Below, piece after piece: positions 58,203 through 64,000 of a stretch of 64,000 bases of DNA. The notes below the pieces were generated by a model, which made no database searches, was not told the origin of the DNA, and was given only the letters and a program-made list of their open reading frames with translations. The stretch's first letter is position 1; every line of letters begins with the position of its first letter. The stretch comes from Candidatus Poribacteria bacterium (GTDB taxonomy: Bacteria; Poribacteria; WGA-4E; WGA-3G), in NCBI GenBank assembly GCA_022821495.1, contig JAJEDN010000118.1, positions 33,945 to 97,944 of the forward strand. Direction: 5' to 3'. The position numbers were made by a program, and so were the translations under genes.

Positions 58203-59360
58203 ATGTACGAAAAACACGGCGAAACAATTAGAGCAAAAGATTTTCTTGAAGTACTCCAAAGCGATGCGGCATCCATTACGTTCACGAACTGTATCATTGA
58301 AGCGGTTGTTGACATTTTTTCCATTGAAATGGAACGCGACGAATACGATCGCATTCTTTTCAACAAAAGCCTCTCTTGCATCGGGTGTACATTCAAAAAC
58401 ATCGTCAATTTCCGAACGGTTGTCTTCCAAAGAGAAGTAGATTTCCGGCGCACGCTCTTTGAGGCTGACCTTGATCTTGATAGTGCCATCTTACTGGGTT
58501 CTTGTGCATTTCGTGAAACTATCTTTCAGAGACGCGCGGATTTTCACAGTGCGATCTTTCACAAAAGCACGAGTTTTTGGCGAGCGAGGTTTTACAACGT
58601 CGCTGATTTCCATAGAGTCCAATTCCGTGAAAATGTCGTGTTCCACGATACCAACTTCCACAATGAAGTCAATTTTCGGCGAGCCTTGTTTGAACGCATA
58701 CTTGACTGTACAGGCGCGTTGTTTCCTGAAACAACAACGTTCAATAACGCCACATTTCTGGGTACCGCTAACTTTACGACTGCGCAGTTTTTTTCTGTCG
58801 CCTCCTTTCGCGATGTTCAGTATGTCCCCGACACACTTTTCCGGCTAATCAAAGCGAAACTTAGGAACGAACCGCATCGTGCAACCGAATTCTATTTGGA
58901 TAGCCAACATGTGGATGAAGTTGCGAACCCATTTTTTAAACGTTATGTGGCGGACCAACAGTTCACCCGTGCTTTCAACCAAGCGAACCCAGTGCTGGCG
59001 CACTTATGGCGATGGAGTTCGGATTATGGACGGAGTTTAGGACTTTGGGCATTCTGGTCTCTTTTGTTTGCTTTTCTGTTCGCATTCGCGTATATGCCGC
59101 TGCCGACGTGGATGCCGACATGGTTAAAAGACTTCGCGCCCCAATTTCACCAAACCACAGGTACGTATAGCGGAGAGCCATTAACTTTCTGGAGCTGTTT
59201 CTATTTTAGTGTCGTCACCTTTACAACACTCGGTTTCGGAGATGTTGTCGCGAACAATGCTTGTGCGCGTTTTTTCGTCACGCTGGAAGTCATTTTCGGG
59301 TATGTGATGTTAGGCGGGTTAATCAGTATCTTTTCAAATAAATTAGCGAGCCGAAGTTAA
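58203..59360 (+). CDS. Pentapeptide-repeat protein fused to a two-TM K+ channel pore (paralog)
   Basis: ADF/ATF repeats; NPFFKRYVADQQF; FYFSVVTFTTLGFGD. Confidence 0.88.
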   Translation: MYEKHGETIRAKDFLEVLQSDAASITFTNCIIEAVVDIFSIEMERDEYDRILFNKSLSCIGCTFKNIVNFRTVVFQREVDFRRTLFEADLDLDSAILLGSCAFRETIFQRRADFHSAIFHKSTSFWRARFYNVADFHRVQFRENVVFHDTNFHNEVNFRRALFERILDCTGALFPETTTFNNATFLGTANFTTAQFFSVASFRDVQYVPDTLFRLIKAKLRNEPHRATEFYLDSQHVDEVANPFFKRYVADQQFTRAFNQANPVLAHLWRWSSDYGRSLGLWAFWSLLFAFLFAFAYMPLPTWMPTWLKDFAPQFHQTTGTYSGEPLTFWSCFYFSVVTFTTLGFGDVVANNACARFFVTLEVIFGYVMLGGLISIFSNKLASRS

Positions 59361-59389
59361 GTGGAGACACCAAAGCAGAAGGATTTTCT

Positions 59390-61756
59390 ATGTCAACGAG
59401 AACTTTACAGATTTTTTTCAGTGTTACTTTTATAGCACTCGTCTTTATAATATACGCGCCGGCAGCGGATGTCTTAGATAGCGTGGCGTATCCATCGCCA
59501 CCTACCGATTACTTTGACCACATCACGCTCTTTTCTCAGGGCAGGATCACCCGTTTCACGCGGATGCCGATTCAGGTGTACATCTCGCCTGTTCTCAAAG
59601 AGACAGCCTATCTCCCTGAAATCCGATACGCGATGCAAGAATGGCACACTGCCAGCGATGGGGTCATCCGCTTTGAAGAGACCGAGACCCCTCAGAACGC
59701 AGATATCCGCGTCAGTTGGGGACACAGCGGTTTCCTTACCGATTTTCAGGACATGAGACTCGGTAGTGCGGAACTTACACGCCTTATAGATACCAAACAG
59801 ACGGTTGCCCAAGATCTGGCTGCTGCGGATGCTGCACCCCCTTTCACGGTCGAGGTTATCCTCATGTTGGAAGGTGACGGTACGATCGGCGAACTCTCAG
59901 AAGAAGAGATGCGGACGGTGTGTCTCCACGAGTTTGGACACGCCATCGGGTTATGGGGTCACAGTCCACACCCCGGCGATATCAGCTATGCGACAGCAAC
60001 GGCACAGTACCCATCTACACGTGATATAACTACGTTGCGTAAGCTTTATAATACGCCGCTGAATACGTCGCAACACGAGACTGCGACGAAGGTCTTGAAA
60101 GCCGAGATTCAAGAGAAACCTCACGCGGACCCGAAAAAACACCTCCGATTGCACTATCTACTTGGCACGGTCTACTTCGATAAAGACGATACAGCCTCCG
60201 CAATCGCGAGTTTCCTGACCTGTAGGCATTTAGATGCCAAGTTTCAACCGGCAATAGAAAAACTGATACAAGCCTACCACGAAACAGGAAGAACGCCTGA
60301 AGCGATCGCACTTCTTGAGAAACGGATCACGCAAAAACCGTCGCCGGCGGACTACAATACGCTCGGTATATTCTACTTTGATAAAAAAGAGGTCGAAAAA
60401 GCGATACAAGCGTTTGAAAAGGCACTTCACATCGCGCCGTATCATAAGGCTGCACGGCGAAATTTACATCAACTCCTGCGGGCAAAAGGATTCAAAGCGT
60501 TAGCAGCAAAAGACTTTGAGACTGCCACTGCCGTTTTTGAAAGGGTGCTTCGGATGGACCCCCTCGACGCGCCTACCTATCAACTCATGGGAAATGGATA
60601 CGCGGAAGCCGGGCGATTTGAAACGGCGATCGGTTATTATCAGAAAGCGATGGATATTAATCCTGTCGATACACTTACGAAACACCAACTCGCGCAATGC
60701 TACAATAACTACGGCGTAACTTTGCGAAATAGCGGAAAGTGGGACGCGGCAATCGAGGCATATCGCAACGCGTTGCGGTTAATGCCGACGCTTGCTGTCG
60801 CTCGCACAAATCTGGGTGACGCCTTCACGCGAAAGGCGGACGCACATAACGAGGCAGGTGAATTAGACGAAGCCATAGCGGCATACCTCGAATTACAGAA
60901 ACTCCACCCGAACGAAATGCAGATCCGCAATTTACTCGGAGAACTACATCTGAAGAAAGGCAACTACGCTGAGGCACTCTCTGCGTTTCAACATGTTTAC
61001 AATACCGATCCGAACGCCGAGCATGCCCTACATAATCTTATCGCTGCCTATCATCACTATGCTCGAAGTCTTAGCGATAAAGATGAATATACTACAGCGA
61101 TTCGGCTGCTTCAGGAGGCACTTCGACTTGAACCTACGGATCTGAATTTGCGTTTGAGTTTGGCAAACGCCTATCAGGGAGCGGGGAACTACGAGCGCGC
61201 CGCCATCGAGGTGTCCCGCGTCTTAGCAGAAGAGCCGGAAAACTTACAAGCGAAAGAGGAGCAGTTAAACTTGCGGATCCGGCGTGGGAACGCACTCATG
61301 GGGAAACGGGAGTATGTTGCTGCGATTGCTGAATTTGAGTCGATCCCCAAATCTAAGCGAAATATCGAGATTTATAACACCCTCGGCTATCTCTATCTTA
61401 TGCAAGGGGCACATGAGAAAGCACTCGCAGATTTTGAAATAGTGCTTCAGAAGGATCCGATCAATATGCCGGCGTTCAGGAATTTGTTGTCGTTAGAATC
61501 ACAACTCATCCGGCGGCGGAGAAGTGATACCCTCACGAAGGTTCAATGCGCGCTTGCCATTACTTTAATCAAACGTAAACAGACGGATGCAGCAGTGGCA
61601 AAATATCAACTCGCGTTGAAATCTAAATCAAAAGAGATGGACGCACGCCTCATTGCAATCGGCAAGCAACTTGCTGACGCGTTCCAACAATACGGTGACA
61701 TCGAAAGCCGTGAGATGATTCTTCGATGGGTCGAAGCACGTAGTAACCGTAGATGA
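59390..61756 (+). CDS. Secreted matrixin-like Zn metalloprotease with TPR array
   Basis: Signal peptide; ADIRVSW; LHEFGHAIGLWGHS; numerous TPRs (YNTLG, YNNYG, ARTNLG). Confidence 0.88.
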   Translation: MSTRTLQIFFSVTFIALVFIIYAPAADVLDSVAYPSPPTDYFDHITLFSQGRITRFTRMPIQVYISPVLKETAYLPEIRYAMQEWHTASDGVIRFEETETPQNADIRVSWGHSGFLTDFQDMRLGSAELTRLIDTKQTVAQDLAAADAAPPFTVEVILMLEGDGTIGELSEEEMRTVCLHEFGHAIGLWGHSPHPGDISYATATAQYPSTRDITTLRKLYNTPLNTSQHETATKVLKAEIQEKPHADPKKHLRLHYLLGTVYFDKDDTASAIASFLTCRHLDAKFQPAIEKLIQAYHETGRTPEAIALLEKRITQKPSPADYNTLGIFYFDKKEVEKAIQAFEKALHIAPYHKAARRNLHQLLRAKGFKALAAKDFETATAVFERVLRMDPLDAPTYQLMGNGYAEAGRFETAIGYYQKAMDINPVDTLTKHQLAQCYNNYGVTLRNSGKWDAAIEAYRNALRLMPTLAVARTNLGDAFTRKADAHNEAGELDEAIAAYLELQKLHPNEMQIRNLLGELHLKKGNYAEALSAFQHVYNTDPNAEHALHNLIAAYHHYARSLSDKDEYTTAIRLLQEALRLEPTDLNLRLSLANAYQGAGNYERAAIEVSRVLAEEPENLQAKEEQLNLRIRRGNALMGKREYVAAIAEFESIPKSKRNIEIYNTLGYLYLMQGAHEKALADFEIVLQKDPINMPAFRNLLSLESQLIRRRRSDTLTKVQCALAITLIKRKQTDAAVAKYQLALKSKSKEMDARLIAIGKQLADAFQQYGDIESREMILRWVEARSNRR

Positions 61757-61822
61757 TTCTTGCGATGCGCTGGGGATCATTTGAACGTTCAATTCAACTT
61801 ATCTACCGCTTTAAATAGAAAA

Positions 61823-61846
61823 GGGTCAGGCAAACATACCTGACCC
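61823..61846 (-). terminator. Rho-independent terminator between convergent genes
   Basis: GGGTCAGG-N8-CCTGACCC stem followed on the minus strand by TTTTCTATTT. Confidence 0.65.
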
Positions 61847-61891
61847 AAGGATTAGGTGCATGAATGAGGTGCGGTCGCTTTGAAACGGGAC

Positions 61892-62410
61892 CTACTGATT
61901 ACCGCCACCACCAGGACGACCGCGTTCACCACCGCGGAAACGATTCATCCGTTGCGACATTTCTGTGACTCGATTCTTCGTCAATTCGTTGAGTTTTGCC
62001 ATCTGCTCTTCAGTCAAAACCTCTTTGAGATCCATGTTAAGTTGTTTGAGAATCCCTTGAATTTCCTGTGTCGCGGTTTCACGCATGTCGGGTTGACGTA
62101 GCGTTTCCATTTTCGATGCAACATTGTCGCGACCGGTCTGATAGAAAGGACGTGCCTTGGCGAGTGTCTCATCGTCAACTTTGACGTTGAACGTCAAATC
62201 GATCCAAGAGTTATCAACAAGAGACACATAGTTCATCATTCCCATCATTCCGCCTCTGTTGCCTCGATCCCCGCCCTGACGGTTTCCACGTTGATCCTGA
62301 TTGTTCCGGTCTGGGCGTTGTGCGGATGTTGCATGTTCAAAAACAAATACACCGACGATTGCGAGTACTGCGATTGCGCTGATTGCAAAAAATTTCTGTT
62401 TCATTTTCAT
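61892..62410 (-). CDS. Exported helical hypothetical protein (Spy/CpxP-like EVLTEEQ motif)
   Basis: Signal peptide; Gly/Arg-rich ends; KEVLTEEQMAKL; GGAG RBS. Confidence 0.6.
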   Translation of the reverse strand: MKMKQKFFAISAIAVLAIVGVFVFEHATSAQRPDRNNQDQRGNRQGGDRGNRGGMMGMMNYVSLVDNSWIDLTFNVKVDDETLAKARPFYQTGRDNVASKMETLRQPDMRETATQEIQGILKQLNMDLKEVLTEEQMAKLNELTKNRVTEMSQRMNRFRGGERGRPGGGGNQ

Positions 62411-62429
62411 TTCTCCTATAATTTTATAA

Positions 62430-62648
62430 TACTTTGCAGTTCGGTTAGCAGCATTTCAGGTTTTAGCAAAGTTTCCATAGAGCCGCTTTCCATTTCATTA
62501 CAAGCTACATCTCTTTTCTTCTCAAAACTGCAGCCCATCATGTAACGATTCTCACTGCGAAGCAAGTTATTCTTACATTACTTTGCAGTTCGGTTAGCAG
62601 CATTTCAGGTTTTAGCAAAGTTTCCATAGAGCCGCTTTCCATTTCATT
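62430..62648. repeat. 70-bp perfect direct repeat (62430-62499 and 62579-62648)
   Basis: TACTTTGCAGTTCGGTTAG...CCATTTCATT occurs twice; a variant of the CCTTGCGGTTCGG element. Confidence 0.88.
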
Positions 62649-62749
62649 TTTTTAGTCAGATGTGTTCAGAAAAGGTTCGTTTTTATTTTTTTCCAGATCG
62701 CGAGCGACAAGAAACCCCCAGCAAAAACACTCGCGCCTACAAGTAAAAC

Positions 62750-62878
62750 TATGGTGAATTATAGAAATAAGTTGACATTTATCAATAACCCTGTCCTTCT
62801 CAAAGTCCCCCTGACAAGGGGGATTTAGGGGGTTGACTTTGCATGAAGAGCGTCCAAGTAATTCTAAAATCTACCATA
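62750..62878. mobile_element. MITE-like element with imperfect IRs, carrying a CCCCCTAAATCCCCC repeat
   Basis: TATGGTGAATTATAGAAATA...TAATTCTAAAATCTACCATA; internal repeat at 62804-62834. Confidence 0.55.
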
Positions 62879-62907
62879 AATCCCCTTGTTTGTTATGCTC
62901 ATAGACT

Positions 62908-62936
62908 TTGACACTCGCCACAGTATGTGCTATAAT
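62908..62936 (+). promoter_or_regulatory. Consensus sigma70 promoter of murB
   Basis: TTGACA-N17-TATAAT with TG extension; GGAGG RBS follows. Confidence 0.82.
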
Positions 62937-62954
62937 AAAGAGAGGGAGGGATGA

Positions 62955-63863
62955 ATGGATTGGAAAGATGTACTGCCGGAAATCGTAACGCAACCGGGTT
63001 CACGGCTCCGATTTAGAGAACCGCTTGCGAAACATACCCACTTCGGTATCGGTGGTGAAGCGACGGCTTATATCGAAGTTAGCACCGTATCCGAACTCGC
63101 AGCCTTGGCACGTTTCCATACGGAGTGGGACGTTCCGGTTGCGGTTATCGGTCGCGGGTCTAATCTACTGGTGAGCGATAGCGGTTTCAAAGGTATCAGC
63201 ATCCGATTAGTCGGCGAGTTAGCGACATTGGAAGTGGACGGGAACATCGTTTCGGTCGGGGCAGGGTTAGCACTGCCAGCACTGTCAAAAACAATGTCGC
63301 AACGTGGGTTGAGTGGTGTGGAATTTGCGCTCGGTATACCGGGTTCCGTCGGCGGCGCGCTGATTATGAATGCAGGTGCATGGGGGAGCAGTTTTGGAGA
63401 TGTCGTCACAGATGTCACAACTATGACTGACACCGGTGAACTTGTCACCTTAACGCATGCCGAAGCACGCTTTGAATACCGACACAGCGGTTTGGATGCC
63501 TTTTTTTGTGTTACAGGTGCGACGCTGGCACTTGCGCCCGGGGATGTTGACGAAATCACCGAGCGGATGCAAACATTCTACAAGCAGAAAGTGGCGACGC
63601 AGCCCTTCGCCGAAGAGAATGCGGGGTGTATGTTCAAAAACCCACCGGGCGATTCCGCAGGACGGCTGATCGACATCAGCGGATTGAAAGGGTACCGTAT
63701 CGGCGGTGCTGAGGTATCCACGGTGCACGGGAACTTTATTCTTAACCTTGACAATGCGACAGCAGAAGATGTCCTGAAGCTAGTCGCACATATCCAACAG
63801 CAGGTCCGCGAAAAGACCGGCATCTGCCTCCAGCCAGAAGTAAAGCGGCTGGGGTTTGATTAG
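62955..63863 (+). CDS. murB: UDP-N-acetylenolpyruvoylglucosamine reductase
   Basis: HTHFGIGG, GRGSNLLVSD, GIPGSVGGALIMNAGA, YRHS, AGCMFKNP, HGNFI, LQPEV. Confidence 0.97.
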   Translation: MDWKDVLPEIVTQPGSRLRFREPLAKHTHFGIGGEATAYIEVSTVSELAALARFHTEWDVPVAVIGRGSNLLVSDSGFKGISIRLVGELATLEVDGNIVSVGAGLALPALSKTMSQRGLSGVEFALGIPGSVGGALIMNAGAWGSSFGDVVTDVTTMTDTGELVTLTHAEARFEYRHSGLDAFFCVTGATLALAPGDVDEITERMQTFYKQKVATQPFAEENAGCMFKNPPGDSAGRLIDISGLKGYRIGGAEVSTVHGNFILNLDNATAEDVLKLVAHIQQQVREKTGICLQPEVKRLGFD

Positions 63864-63910
63864 ACGAACAAGGTCGGAAACCGTCCTTGAAGTGTCAACA
63901 TATTTTACCT

Positions 63911-64000
63911 AACCCCCTAAATCCCCCTTATCAGGGGGACTTTGAGAGACAATGTAAAAAACCCCCTAAATCCCCCTTATCAGGGGGACTTTGAGAGACA
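63911..64000. repeat. Tandem 49-bp copies of the CCCCCTAAATCCCCCTTATCAGGGGGAC repeat (runs off the window)
   Basis: Units start at 63911 and 63960. Confidence 0.88.

Overview
Bacterial chromosomal window of about 52 genes with no rRNA, tRNA or CRISPR array. The gene content points to a Candidatus Poribacteria-like sponge symbiont (inference): tandem WD40, LRR and TPR eukaryote-like proteins, PhyH dioxygenases, DUF1553/DUF1501 planctomycete-type genes, Uma2, and a secreted protein ending in ...VEPxGxLTTTWGxLK. Housekeeping and metabolic genes include rsmI, pepP, rpiA, bioF, murB and a five-gene peptide-type ABC transporter. Accessory elements include PIN modules, two ABC-type ATPases and several families of short intergenic repeats or MITEs. 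The most notable signals are: (1) a non-coding IS200/IS605-derived element with its own promoter and a TnpB omegaRNA-like right end, inserted between an ECF sigma gene and its anti-sigma gene so that the anti-sigma RBS is separated from its ATG; (2) a 19.5-kb co-oriented cluster of a DUF1553 cytochrome c, two LRR proteins, two DUF1501 proteins, two pentapeptide-repeat K+ channel proteins, an ATPase and a TPR metalloprotease; (3) two PhyH-like enzymes with a halogenase-like H-x-A motif; (4) a dispersed element ending exactly 12 nt before three unrelated start codons. All family calls come from motif recognition only; no database searches were run.
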